64,000 bases of DNA, taken from the NCBI RefSeq assembly GCF_011386835.1, contig NC_088791.1, positions 325,872,001 through 325,936,000 on the forward strand, in the 5' to 3' direction. The notes below the pieces were generated by a model that made no database searches, was not told the origin of the DNA, and saw only the letters and a program-made list of their open reading frames with translations. A program made the position numbers and the translations under genes. Origin of the DNA: Chrysemys picta bellii. Taxonomy: Eukaryota. Within the stretch, counting starts at the first letter, position 1; the number at the start of each line of letters is the position of its first letter. Positions 49,433 to 60,911 of this stretch are shown here, piece after piece.

Positions 49433-50701
49433 ATAGTCACTGTTAAAGTGAGGAACTCCTGATTTCTACTCTGCTGCTCTACTCACTAGTAGGCACTGCT
49501 TCTTGTAAGATAACAGCTCATTCATGAAAAGCTGTAGGACCTTCTATTTTTAACTACTTTTAAATTGCTGATGGTATGAATACTTGTTTGGTCATTTTTC
49601 ACGTAGCAGGTTGTAGCTAAACGTTAGATCTGCTGTAGCTCTCTATGACCTGGCTGATAAAAATCCAGATGAGTCATTAATACTTAAATAGCTGCTCAAA
49701 ACTACACGTGTAATCATTGTTCGGAAATGTGTAAGCCACTGTTGGATTCAAAGATAATGTAATACCAGGCTTTGGAGATTAGCAGGGGAAAAAAGAAAAC
49801 TTGGGATCCAGGTCAGGCAGGAAATGAATGGTCTTAGGAAGTTCTCCAGTTTGTGGGGAGAGGGCTCAAGGGAATCCCAGAGCCAAAATTCTCACTGCTG
49901 CTAGATTAAAGGAAGTGCATGCATCTGTGTCTGTGGCAATGGACTGGGAAAATGGGGGACACCATCATGTTTTCCTTCCTGGTCTTCAGTTCACTTTATA
50001 GCTGATGGCTTAAAATTGTACATTCCAAAAACGAGCACACACTAGTTGGAGGTATTTCCTTAGTCATCTCAGCGCAGCTGTTTGACTCCCATGGCTCTCA
50101 AGCCTACTGTGAAGCTGCATACTATGAATCTCCTTGCAACAAGATCAGAACATACCCTATACGGAATGACTGCTAGTTTCAGCTCCCCGAGCTGCACTTG
50201 TCCCCGCACCTCCTGATCTACACACACCCTGTCTGGGGCCCCACGAAGTCGTGAGGCCTCCTTGTCAATCTTCTCCTGGTGCTGGCCAAAGTGGCCATCC
50301 ATAATACTCGGAGGAGGACGCTGGGTGAAGAGGTGCTCTGCGACTGTGGAGCCTATTTCTGTTCCGCCCTTCAATCACGTACCCAGGCAGAATTCCTCTA
50401 AGCCACATCTGCTGGCTCCTTTGAGAAGCAGTTAGTGCTGTCTGGGGTTCTCTGCTTGGTGTCCCCCTCAGACAGGGCCGGCTCTAGACACCAGCAAAGC
50501 AAGCAGGTGCTTGGGGCGGCAAATTTGCAGGAGCGCAAGAATCCAGCATGAGAGCTGAGAACCAACAGGGGGCCCTGGGAGCTGTAGTTCCTTGGTTAGC
50601 TCCCTGCCTATAGAGCCAGCCCTGGAGCAGGGAAAGAACTACATTTCCCAAAAAACAACAAGGAGTCTGGTGGCACCTTAAAGACTAACAGATTTATTTG
50701 G

Positions 50702-50743
50702 GCATAAGCTTTCGTGGGTAAAAACCTCACTTCTTCAGATGCA
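50702..50743 (-). ncRNA. Minimal type I hammerhead ribozyme motif in the Penelope pLTR
   Basis: Minus strand U-GCAU-CUGAAGA-A-GUGAG-guuuuua-CCCAC-GAAA-GC-UU-AUGC: stem I GCAU/AUGC, conserved core, stem II with one mismatch, palindromic AGCU stem III. Confidence 0.65.
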
Positions 50744-51238
50744 TAGAGTGAAAGTTACAGATGCAGGCATTATATACTGACACATGGAGAGCAGGGAGTT
50801 ACTTCTGTAATGAGCCAGCCACTCCCAGTCCCTATTCAAGCCCAGATTAACGGTGTTAAATTTGCAGATGAATTTTAGTTCTGCTGTTTCTCTCCCTGGT
50901 CATTCTATTACAGATTTAAAAGTCACTATCATTGAACAAAAAAACTTCAGAAACAGACTTCAAAGAGAAACAGCAGAACTAAAATTCATTTGCAAATTTA
51001 ACACCGTTAATCTGGGCTTGAATAGGGACTGGGAGTGGCTGGCTCACTACAGAAGCAGCTTTTCCTCTCCTGGAATTGACACCTCCTCATCTATTATTGG
51101 GAGTGGACTACATCCACCCTGATTGAATTGGCCCTGTCAACACTGGTTCTCCACTTGTGAAGTAACTCCCTGCTCGCCATGTGCCAGTATATAATGCCTG
51201 CATCTGTAACTTTCACTCTATGCATCTGAAGAAGTGAG

Positions 51239-52350
51239 TAGGGTTACCATATTTCAGCAAGCAAAAAAGAGGACGGGAGGAGCCCCGCCCTAGCCCCGCC
51301 CCTGCCCCTCCCACTTCCTGCCCCCCCAGAACCCCCAACCCTCCCCCCGTTCCTTGTCCCCTGACTGCCCCCTCCTGGGACCCCTGCCCCTAACTGCCCC
51401 CCAGGACTCCACTCCCTATCTAAGCCTCCCTGCCTCTTGTCCCCTGACTGCCCCAACCCTTATCCACACCCCCACCCCCAGACAGACCCCTGGGACTCCC
51501 ACGCCCCATCCAACCACTCCCCACCCCCTGACAGCCCCCCCCCAGAACTCCCAACCCATCTAAACCCCTCTGCTCCCTGTCCCCTGACTGCTCCGATCCC
51601 TCTCCCCACTCCTGCCCCCTGACAGCTCCCCCCCAGAACTCTCAGCCCCCCACCCTGCTCCTTGTCCCCTGACTGCCCCCTCCTGGGACCCCTGCTCCTA
51701 ACTGCCCTCCAGAACCCCACTCCCTACCTAAGACTCCCTGTTCCTTGTCCCCTAACTGCCCCCTCCTAAGACCCCCCCCAACTGCCCCCCAGGACCCTAC
51801 CCCCTACCTGTACCCTGACTGCCCAAAACTTTCTCCACTCCCCCCCAAAAGCCCCCCCCCCCCCCGTTTCTTGACTGCCACCTCCAGAACCACCCTGCCC
51901 CTTCTCCTGCCCCCTGGCCCCCTTACCCTGCTGCTCAGAACAGGGTGTTGGGCTCTGTGCCAGCCGGACACGTGGCTGCGCTCCCCAGCACAACAAAACC
52001 TGGTCCCTGGCCCAGACCGGGCTGCAGGGGAGAGCTGCCCTTGTATCAGCACAAAGTGCTCTCGCTCCCGTTTTGCTACGCTGCATGGCAGAAACCGCTC
52101 CCAGTTGCAAAAGGGGAGGGCTGCACTTTGTGCTGATACACTTGCTCAGAATGCAGGGCGGAGCTCCTCTACAGCTGCTCCGGAGTCCAGCCCGGGACTT
52201 TCCTGCAGCCCTCCCAGCCGCTCGCTCTGCTCTGCCGGGGGAGGGGGGAAATCCCGGTCATTGTGAGTGCTTTACAAATTCCCCCCGGATGCTATTTTTA
52301 GTACAAAAAGGAGGACATGTCCGGGTAAATCCGGACTAATGGTAACCCTA
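51239..52350. mobile_element. Blackjack-type hAT MITE (innermost); C-rich minisatellite at about 51350-51860
   Basis: TIRs tagggttaccat and atggtaacccta; perfect TSD gaagtgag at 51231-51238 and 52351-52358. Confidence 0.93.
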
Positions 52351-55300
52351 GAAGTGAGGTTTTTACCCACGAAAGCTTATGCCCAAATAAATCTGTTAGT
52401 CTTTAAGGTGCCACCAGACTCCTTGTTATTTTTGTAGATACAGACTAACACGGCTACCCCCTGATACATTTCCCAGCATTCCCTGGGCCGCAGTTAACAG
52501 GAAAGGGAGGGGGAAGGAGTGTAGAACTGAAACCTCATGCTGCAGCTTGCTGTAAATGGTAGGAACAGAGCCAGCTCTAGGTTTTTTGCCGCCCCCCACC
52601 TCAGCCCTGGGCTCCCCCCACACTCCTGTGTTGCCCCAGCCCTGGACTCTCCCCCGCCCACACCCCCTGCTGCCCCAGCCCTGGGTTCTCCCCCCACCCG
52701 CACCCCCTGCCGCCCCAGCCCTGGCTGCCACCCGCACCCCATGTTGCCCCAGCCCTGGGCTCTTTCCCCTCCCCCCCCGCACCTCCTGCCACCCCATCCC
52801 TGGGCTCTTCCCCCCCACACACACACCTCCTGCCACCCCAGCCCTGGGCTCTTCCCCCCCCAACCCGCACCTCCCGCCACCCCAGCCCTGGGCTCTTCCC
52901 CATCCCCACCCGCATCTCCTGCCACCCCAGCCCTGGGCTCTTCTCCCCCCCTGCACCCGCACCCCCAGCCGTCCCAGCTGTGGCCCCCACCCGCACCTCC
53001 TGCTGCCCCAGCCTGGGCTCTCTCCCCCCCCACACACACACACACCCCTGCCCTGGACTCTCCCCCAAAGAAAGAATTGGATGGACTAAATGGACATTGC
53101 ACCTCTCTATTTGAAGCCTAGCAAGGCAGGTACGTGGATCCCACTAGAATTTAAAATGAAAAGTAAGGGAGGGGAGGGCTCTACTAGACTGGGCAGCTTT
53201 AGATACAGTACCAGGCACGTAGGAGGATTTACACTTCTGAGCCATGGAAGCAGAAATTGACTTTTCTTTTCCAGATATAGCTAATATTCAGAAAGGGAAT
53301 CTAGCACCTGCCTTCCAGATTTGAACACCCTCAAAATTCAGGAGTGCTCAAGCTCAATTTGGGCAGCTGTTACTTCATTTCTCCCAAATCAAATATACTG
53401 ATCCACTGTAACTTGCTGTAGGAAAAAGTAAAATAAATTGAGCAAGAAATGCTTCCCAGTGGTTATTAGGACTGGAATTGCTATTTTCAACAGCCATTGA
53501 TTTTTTAATTATTATTATTATTATTATTAAGTTTTAGTTTTATTTGTTTAAAAGGAAGACAGTGATATTGCATTGGAAAATTCCCCATAGAAACAAAGAA
53601 TGGAACAAAAGAATAATAAAGGCACCTCAACTTTTCCTCATTTATTTAGGACAGTCTTACAATATGCATCCAGATAGCCAACCTGAAAATTGTTCCACTT
53701 TACTGCAGTTCTGTAACCATATGGGAATCAATCCTGTCTGTGTTCTGTGCACATCGAAAATTCCTGCTGAATGACCCGCCCTGGGAGCGAGTTACCAGTG
53801 ACTCAAGGCTGGGGCGGCAGGAGGGTGCAGTGGGGGGGGGGGGGGGAGGCAGCCAAAATTTGTTTTTTGCTTGGGGCAGCAAAAAAACCTAGAGCCGGCC
53901 CTGCCCTCAGATTCCCTACTTCTGGCCCTATGACCTCACTACCATTCCTGTTTTCTTATTGTCTCCTGGAATCATTTGAGCCCAGGTTCTGTCACTCCAT
54001 CCTGTAGGCTGCGGGAGGGACCTTCAGACGCCCGCCTGCTCCCGGATCTCAATAGGTATTAGGCTGTCTCTTCAGCACAGGCTGGGGATCAGTGGTTTGA
54101 GGAGGCTGACACTCACTTCAGTATCCTTTGGTGTGTTTGTTTTAGGAGCTGGGCCTGTCTGCTCCTTCATACTGCAGTGGGACTGGCAGAAGTTAAAAAA
54201 AATGTACCCTAAACTTATGAGGAAGAATCTATCTACTCTGCATTTGTGCCCTCCTTCGTGGCTTTCTGAATTGCTGCCTAATGAATAGCTTATATTTAAC
54301 TGCGGCAGAAGCTAGATTAGATGTGCCCTGGGCGTCTGAGCAAGTAGCATTAATATCTAAATTGTTCATGATTTACACATTCAGTGTGTAATTTGTATTA
54401 AGGCATATAGATGGTAATCTATATCAAACACTTATGTGGCTCTTGCTTAGATATCAGGGTAAAGAGAGATGCATATTGTTTACTTCTTGTGAATTACTCT
54501 CCATATAACTATATTACATGGACATTATCATTGAAAAAATCATGTTTTCGGGAACAATTTTTTTTTTACTTGGGGTTAGATTTGAGTTTATTTTCTGTGT
54601 GTAGTAGGGGTAGCAACCCAGAGTCAGGATCCAAGAATCACAATCTGCCTCTCAGTTACCCTGCTGCTTTGATGAGGGGAAAAACTCTGAGTCTATACCT
54701 GGTCTATACAGGAGGAAGGGGTGGAGGTATGCCTCTGCCCAGTCTCCACCCCTTTCTGCCTTGTAAGTGGCTTTGCAGGGCCTACTTCCATTCTCACATT
54801 GGTACTGGAGGTACCATGGTATGGGCATGAGAGAAGAAAGGGAATGACTAACAGGATGGACCATGATCTGTCCCTAAGAAGTTTTAGAATCTACGTTGCT
54901 GTAGTGCCAGATCTGATCTCACTGGTATCAGTGTGATTTTGCCATTGGAGAAAGATCTGGCCATTTTTACTGTCCTGGGTTTTTTGTTTATTTTGTTCTG
55001 CCTTTTGTATTTCTCTCAGCTGGGGCAATGAAGTAAACTCATCAGTTTCACTTTTGTTTCTAGTCCATCTGGGCCAAATTTTGCCTTTATTGCAAATTTA
55101 CCATGAGAGTAGAATGTGACCCTTTCACTTTCAGGTTCTTTAGTCTTCATTTAAATTCCGGGTCAGATCCTGCAGCCCTTGAGTCTCTGAATCAGCAATC
55201 CATCCCTATTCAGCAAAACACTTTTGCATATACTTAATTCCCGTTGACGTCAGTGGAACTCAGGCACATGCCTAAACTTAAGAACATACTTATATGCTTG

Positions 55301-55399
55301 GCTGAACTGAGTCATAAGTGAGCAAAGCACCCACTGACTCCTGTGGGAGTTCTCCTTAATATAAAGACAGCAGAATTCAGCCCTATCGCCCTTCTGAAA

Positions 55400-55718
55400 C
55401 AGAGGTCCCCAAAATGTGGGGTGTGCCCCCCTAGGGGGGCACAGAGGAACATTTGGGGGTCCACAACTGGGGCCCGGGCCCGCTCCCATGGGGGATGGGG
55501 AGGGAATGCCACCTAGCTCCACGCCTGGCCCCGGCTCCTGGCTCCGCTCCCAGCCCCGCCCCACCGACAGTTATGGCCCCAGATTGGCCCCCTTACCCCT
55601 GTCCACACACCCCTCTCCCGGAGCTGTGGTCCCGCTCCCGGCCCCAGCTCGTGGGGGGCCGGAGGGAGGGTGGACCGGGGTAAGGGGAGGCATGAGGTAA
55701 AAAGTCTGGGGACCGCTG
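55400..55718. mobile_element. hAT-Charlie-type MITE
   Basis: TIRs cagaggtccccaaa and tctggggaccgctg; flanks ttctgaaa/ttctaaaa. Confidence 0.8.
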
Positions 55719-56503
55719 TTCTAAAAGATGCTACAGATTTAGTTTTAATTCCTGCAATCTTTGAGCATAAAAACTCTTTGCTTAAGTGGAAACTGCACAA
55801 AAATAAGGGCTGCCAGGGGTTTGTTTGTTTTTTTTTTTTTTGATGTACCAGACAAAACTCTACTTGTACCTGGACTTGTTTCTTGTCATGGGTTTGTGGA
55901 AAATGGCTCAGCTCCCCCAAGCAGTCTGGTTGTTTGCAATTGACGGACCAAATAACTGTATCTAGTCTTTTGTCAGCTCTTTCAGAATATTGGATAGACC
56001 ATTTTTAGGCTTGTTGTGTGCAATAAAATTATATATAATTTCAGGCAGCAGGTGAAACACTGAGGGGAAAAAATTAAAACTTTTTGGTGAAGCACTCTGC
56101 AACATTGTTGCTTACCCATGCATTCAGTCTGTCTAAAAATAACAGCACTTGGAATGGGAAGCTTACAAGATCTGTTGATTTATAATGTTTTTTTCCGGGT
56201 TTATTGCTTGAGTGCCCTCCCCACTGAGATTTGATGTTGCAACCAGACTGCCATTAGATAATAAAGGAACTCTCTTTTCTTTGCTAATGTACAGTGCTCT
56301 GAACTGTATGGCATGAGCTTTATTTTTTAGCATCGCACGGATAAATGAGAAATATGGCTTCTAAACTAAGTAAAAAAAGGTGTTCCCTTCCAAATGGTGG
56401 TCTTTAATATATATAGGCCCAGGAAAAAATACTGATAGACGTATCTTTGGATCTGACTTGAATGTACAAAGCAGTCTTGAGTTAGAATTATTTTTTATTT
56501 CAG

Positions 56504-56537
56504 GATGTCAGACACAAGTTTGTATCAAGGAGAACAC
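56504..56537 (+). CDS. Candidate micro-exon C (34 nt; (G)CQTQVCIKEN(T) in the open frame)
   Basis: Acceptor ttattttttatttcag ending at 56503; donor CAC|GTATGA at 56538. Coding status is inferred. Confidence 0.5.
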
Positions 56538-56664
56538 GTATGATTAAAAATACAAGGGGTGTGTGTCTGGGCCACATTCCATTATAATTGCAGAGTTAAT
56601 CCTGTTGACACTATTACAGCACAGACATGAGTCTATTGATCTCATTGTATATTTTTACTTTTAG

Positions 56665-56687
56665 GGACCCAGCAGATCATATGCTAG
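56665..56687 (+). CDS. Candidate micro-exon D (23 nt; DPADHML) with a GC donor
   Basis: Acceptor atttttacttttag ending at 56664; AG|GCAAGT at 56688 is the consensus GC-AG donor. Confidence 0.5.
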
Positions 56688-56951
56688 GCAAGTAATATTC
56701 TGTACGGTTTGTGGAAAATAAATGTGTTTTATCCCTGCAGTAAAAAAGCAGCCAGATGTTTAGAAGAACATACACCATATTGAGGAGGCTTAGAGTCAGA
56801 GAACTTGCTAAAACCGTGCAAAGCTGCTATTATGGAGAAAACAGGAAGACAGCTTCCTCCATGAACCTACACCATTTCCCAAGGAGGAAGCAGGGGCTTT
56901 TTTTTTCCTTTCTTTCGTCTTTTTCTTTGCTCTTTGTTGATTTTGAAACAG

Positions 56952-57007
56952 AGAGACAACTATTAATTGATGACCATAAAAGGCTTATACTAGCAATGAC
57001 ATCAACG
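56952..57007 (+). CDS. Candidate micro-exon E (56 nt; (E)RQLLIDDHKRLILAMTST, phase 0 end)
   Basis: Long polypyrimidine tract ending ttttgaaacag at 56951; donor ACG|GTAAAA at 57008; open in only one frame. Confidence 0.5.
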
Positions 57008-57764
57008 GTAAAAAGAGAAAAAAAACAACCACCTTAAATAAACACAAGTTTTAAAGGACTTTGACTTCCCCTATAAAAATGTAGATGTGTAGGCCTGCAT
57101 TGCTTTGCTTGTTTTATTGCCAACTCGCATTCTGTAATACCCGCGCCTCCAAACTTTCTATTTTATGCTCACATTGTCAGCTATTAAGTTGGGTGGATTG
57201 CAGCCACCTTGCCTTGACTTAATTATTTTATTTAGATTTCTAACCAAAAAATAAACAAAAACACATCCCCATAATGCAGAGGTGCCGCCCTCCGCATCCT
57301 AGAGTGTGCCTGGCTCCAACTTGATCTAAATGGAAGGCTGCAGATTATTGTTAATTCAGTGGCAGGATGTCATCTTCCAAGTCCAAATATTATTCCTGAC
57401 AGGCAATTTGAACAGAGTAGAGCTAAGTGTAGCCTGTCAGCGAAATGTGGCCCACAGAGTTTGACACCATGTCCATGGACTGCATTCATTTTTAATATGG
57501 AGGGAAGCTTGCAGAAACTAGGGGGGGGATCCCTAGCATGCAAAACTTGATCTTGATCAGATGATATGATGAGACCTGTACTTTTCATGTGGCACACGTA
57601 GAGTTAGGATGGCTACATGCTGCACTGGAGACCTAAGTGTTCTCAGTTCTTGTGATTTTGTCCCAAGTCTCATGAGAATTGGTGTGTGCCCCAGATGATT
57701 TCACAGGAACTTTTTTATTATTATAATAATAATTATTATTATTGAGGTTTTTTTAAAGGTTTTT

Positions 57765-57955
57765 AGCCCTCATGCTGCAGAGAAAAGACTGAAATTGTGA
57801 CTAGAGTGCACCCTAAAGGCAAATAAATCCCAGAAGGCCAATAAATAGACCTCCCAAATGTATCATTTATTGTAAAAATCTCATAATTTTTAACCCAGTC
57901 TCATGATTTTTAGTGGGCTTGATTCTAGATTTTTCAATGCTTGTGACTGGCAATG
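57765..57955. mobile_element. Partial MITE related to 2815-2945
   Basis: Shared tagccctcatg and tctcatgattttta strings. Confidence 0.45.
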
Positions 57956-58076
57956 ATGAAAGCTCTGTGGGCATCATTTGTCCCCTGGCTTTCACCTGAA
58001 CAAGTGTGGCAAATTTTATTGTAAGAATAAAATCCATACTTCGAAGATGAATTCTTATCTTTATATGTATATAGTA

Positions 58077-58411
58077 CAGGGATCGGCAACCTTTGGCACG
58101 TGGCTTGCCAGGGTAAGCACCCTGGCGGGCTGGGCTGGTTTGTTTCCCTGCCGCATCTGCAGGTTCGGCCGATCGCGGCTCCCACTGGCCGCTGTTCGCC
58201 ACTCCAGGCCAATGGGGGCTGCAGGAAGTGGCGGCCAGCACATCCCTCAGCCCACGCCGCTTCCTGCAACCCCCATTGGCCTGGAACGGTGAACCACAGC
58301 CAGTGGGAGCTGCGATTGGCTGAACCTGCGGACGTGCCAGGTAAACAAACCAGCCTGGCCCACTAGGGTGCTTACCCTGGTGAGCCGCGTGCCAAAAGTT
58401 GCCGATCCCTG
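58077..58411. mobile_element. Palindromic hAT-Charlie-type MITE, copy 3
   Basis: TIR cagggatcggcaac at both ends; perfect TSD atatagta. Confidence 0.92.
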
Positions 58412-58884
58412 ATATAGTATATGTACATGTGTATAGATACACACACACCCCTTAGATCAAAATGGAGCATTACATGCCAGGACATACAGGACAAGCCTCT
58501 GAAATAAAGATAAGGAGTAGCCTGACTGAAGCACCATTTTGTTCCTATTTGGGGCCTGATCTTGCAAACACTTATGCAGATGTCTCTGGGTGAAGTCACC
58601 TGTGTAAGTGTTTGCAGGATGGAGCCTGGTGTGTTAACTCATACTTGGAAAGTTGCCAATGTGAAGCTCCTCCACCCTCAAATCAATATAAAACAGGAGC
58701 TTTTTTGTTTCCAAATTGTTTTATCACACCAGACTGGTTTCTTGCATGGCGTTTTTAACAGGTGCCAGCGGCACTGCATTAACTACTTTGACAGCTCACC
58801 TACTACCCTTTAAAAGGCTTAAGAGATAGGCCAGCCAATAATTAATAAGACACCCTCTGCTGCACTGAGTTCAGAGCAGAAAGA

Positions 58885-58885
<1 letters not shown>

Positions 58886-58914
<29 letters not shown>
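58886..58914. repeat. (CA)n microsatellite
   Basis: Direct reading of the sequence. Confidence 0.95.
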
Positions 58915-58917
<3 letters not shown>

Positions 58918-60017
58918 GCACTGCTTGGAGCACCCAAAGCCACAGATTTTACAATTGCACTAAGAGATTTGCTGCAACAGTTACAAGAAGACAAGAGCTT
59001 TTATTGCAATAGGAATATATCTCTTTATGAAACAATACGGGGAGAAAATTTCCTTGGATTACCTTGAAGGGCTGTTTAGGCTGTAATTGTATTATGTTTA
59101 TTCAGAGGAATGGAACATTTTCCCTCTTTTATCCTTCGAGGTCTACACGTTCTCTTCTCACTTTGGGATTCCCTGCTTTGCTGCTGGGTCCTGTTTAATC
59201 CTGATTTTTTTTTCTTCCCTAATCCTGATCCTTGGTCAGTTTATCTCTTTGTCCCTCTTGCAGACCCTGATCCTGGGAGGTGCTGAGCACCTCCTATTTG
59301 TTGCTGAGCCGGTGCTGGCTTAAAAATAAAGGCCCCCAGTCAGCAGATGAACTGGGGGCTCCATGTGAGAGAACTATGTTAAAACTCCCTCACGTCTTCA
59401 AGCCAAGTGAAAGATCCCACAAAGAGAGGATTCAGCTGTAATTGGCAATCTTGCCTTTCTTTAAATCCACCGTCAATGCTGAGTGACCTCAACTCCCATT
59501 GAAATCCATGCGAGGGACAGAGCGGCTCACAGAAGGTACAGAAGGCCTGACAAGATCAGACCCAGAGTTTGAAAGGGACAAAAAGTGTTTTCCTAATAAC
59601 CAAAGTGAAACGGGCCCCATTTATACTGAGCTGGGTTGCAGTGAACCAGAGGGAGATTTGCAAATGCCTCACTCTCAGAGCTAGGCACCCAACTGCCATT
59701 TGTGCTTTTAAAAATCTCACTCACACCACTCATGAGGTGAAATGATGCCATCTGCGTAGAGTATGGGTAATCTAGCATTACACGGGTGAAACGAGGAAGG
59801 GTTGGGGGGTAGAGAAGTTTGTGTCCTTGACTACACAGGTGAGTAACTTTACCCGAGTGAGTGAACTAATGGGTCTGTTCACATGCATTGAGTTCCTTTC
59901 ATAAGTGTTTGCAGCATTGGTACCTACCTGTGTGTGACAACATGGCTGAGGGGAGGCTAAATCACAGATTGGTGTTTGCTACTGAGGGCTTTTTCTGTGG
60001 GACCATTGTTAACTCTT

Positions 60018-60911
60018 TTTTTGGGGGGGGTCACTGGCTTCTGGTCATCTTCTCCAGGGGCCCCTGGCACGGCCCCGTGGCCCACCGAGATGGGCAGGCA
60101 AGGGGCGGACCCTCGACGTGGCGCCCGATGGGCCGGCGCCACACGGCCCGCCTCAGACCCCGGCTCAATGGGGGGGCGGCGGTGGAGGGAGGATAGCAGC
60201 CCCTAGTGGGTCGGGACTGGGGAACACAAAGGCCGCTCCCTGGGGGTCATCCTCTGGAAAAGAGAAGGAGACGTCCCCGGGGCGGCAATAGCATCGCGGG
60301 AGGTGGAGGGGATAGGGACGGGGGCAGGAGTAGGGGCAGGGCCGGGGGCAGGAGTAGGGTCGGGAAGAGGGATAGAGGCGGGATCCTGGGCCCCAGGAGC
60401 TGAACTGCTGGAAGGTGGCTCCTCACGGTCGGGGTCAGGGGTCTGAGGGTTAGGGAGGGGGTCCCCAGGGATGCTGAGCTCAGGCTCTACGGCAGGTGGA
60501 ACAGCCACAGCAGCAGGAGGTGGATAATCTTCAACGGGCTCCCACCCGGGAAGGAACTCGGTTGCCCCACGCCAACGAGGGATACCCCTGGTAACTCGTG
60601 TCCCAGCCGCGAGGCACCGGCTGTCGCCTCAACAGGCTCAGCGGCCGTCAGCGGGGTGGCACCCGCAGCCGGGCAGGTCAAAGAGTCCAGGGGCTCCTGT
60701 AAGGCAGGAGCAGGAGCAGCAGTTAGGGGCATGGAAGATGGAGAAAGGGGGGCTGGGGTGATGTCGGCCAGATCGAGGCCCACTGGCAGAGGGTCGTCCT
60801 CCCCCTGGGTAACTGGGGTCAGACCCAGGGCCTCGATCTCCTCATAGATAGAAGGAAGCTCACCTCCCACCACCCCGGAGTCTTCCCCGCTAGCACCCGA
60901 GGCGATGCTTG
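60018..60911 (-). mobile_element. Internal Tx1-type ORF1 fragment with short A-tail and 15-bp TSD
   Basis: Peptide ELPSIYEEIEALGLTPVTQGEDDPLPVGLDLADITP followed by a Pro/Ala-rich tract with frameshifts; TSD ccattgttaactctt at 60003-60017 and 60912-60926. The Tx1 ORF1 assignment is from recall. Confidence 0.7.

Larger units (their letters stand above)
50651..52465 (+). mobile_element. Penelope-like element, 5'-truncated with inverted pLTR; GIY-YIG C-terminal remnant at about 50892-51056
   Basis: Peptide LPGHSITDLKVTIIEQKNFRNRLQRETAELKFICKFNTVNLGLNRDWEWLAHY; 50651-50892 is an inverted copy of the 3' part; flanking repeat acatttccca at 50641-50650 and 52466-52475. Confidence 0.9.
50473..53903. 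mobile_element. hAT MITE (outer), about 1.6 kb without its inserts; C-rich minisatellite at about 52590-53070
   Basis: Perfect 15-bp TIRs cagggccggctctag and ctagagccggccctg; perfect TSD ccctcaga at 50465-50472 and 53904-53911. Confidence 0.92.
50192..54055 (+). mobile_element. Tx1-type (L1 clade) non-LTR retrotransposon 3' end, present as 50192-50472 plus 53904-54055
   Basis: Translates LHLSPHLLIYTHPVWGPTKS*GLLVNLLLVLAKVAIHNTRRRTLGEEVLCDCGAYFCSALQSRTQAEFL*ATSAGSFEKQLVLSGVLCLVSPS, then resumes after the insert as DSLLLAL*. I recognise this as a turtle Tx1 ORF2 C-terminus. Confidence 0.7.

Noticed and set aside
51244-53121. Many 60-205 aa Pro- or Gly-rich ORFs
   Set aside because: They derive from C-rich minisatellites within the two nested MITEs.
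56504-57007. Assigning a gene symbol such as ZBTB38 to the exon set
   Set aside because: It rests only on architectural resemblance and vague recall; no diagnostic coding sequence is in the window.
33659-58419. Central TA in several Charlie-type TSDs (atttagat, ggctactt, agctagta, atatagta)
   Set aside because: This is the known NTCTAGAN-like target preference of hAT-Charlie elements, so it is supporting evidence rather than a novelty.
50192-60911. The two Tx1 pieces as one rearranged element
   Set aside because: They have opposite orientations, are 6 kb apart, and the ORF1 piece has its own TSD.
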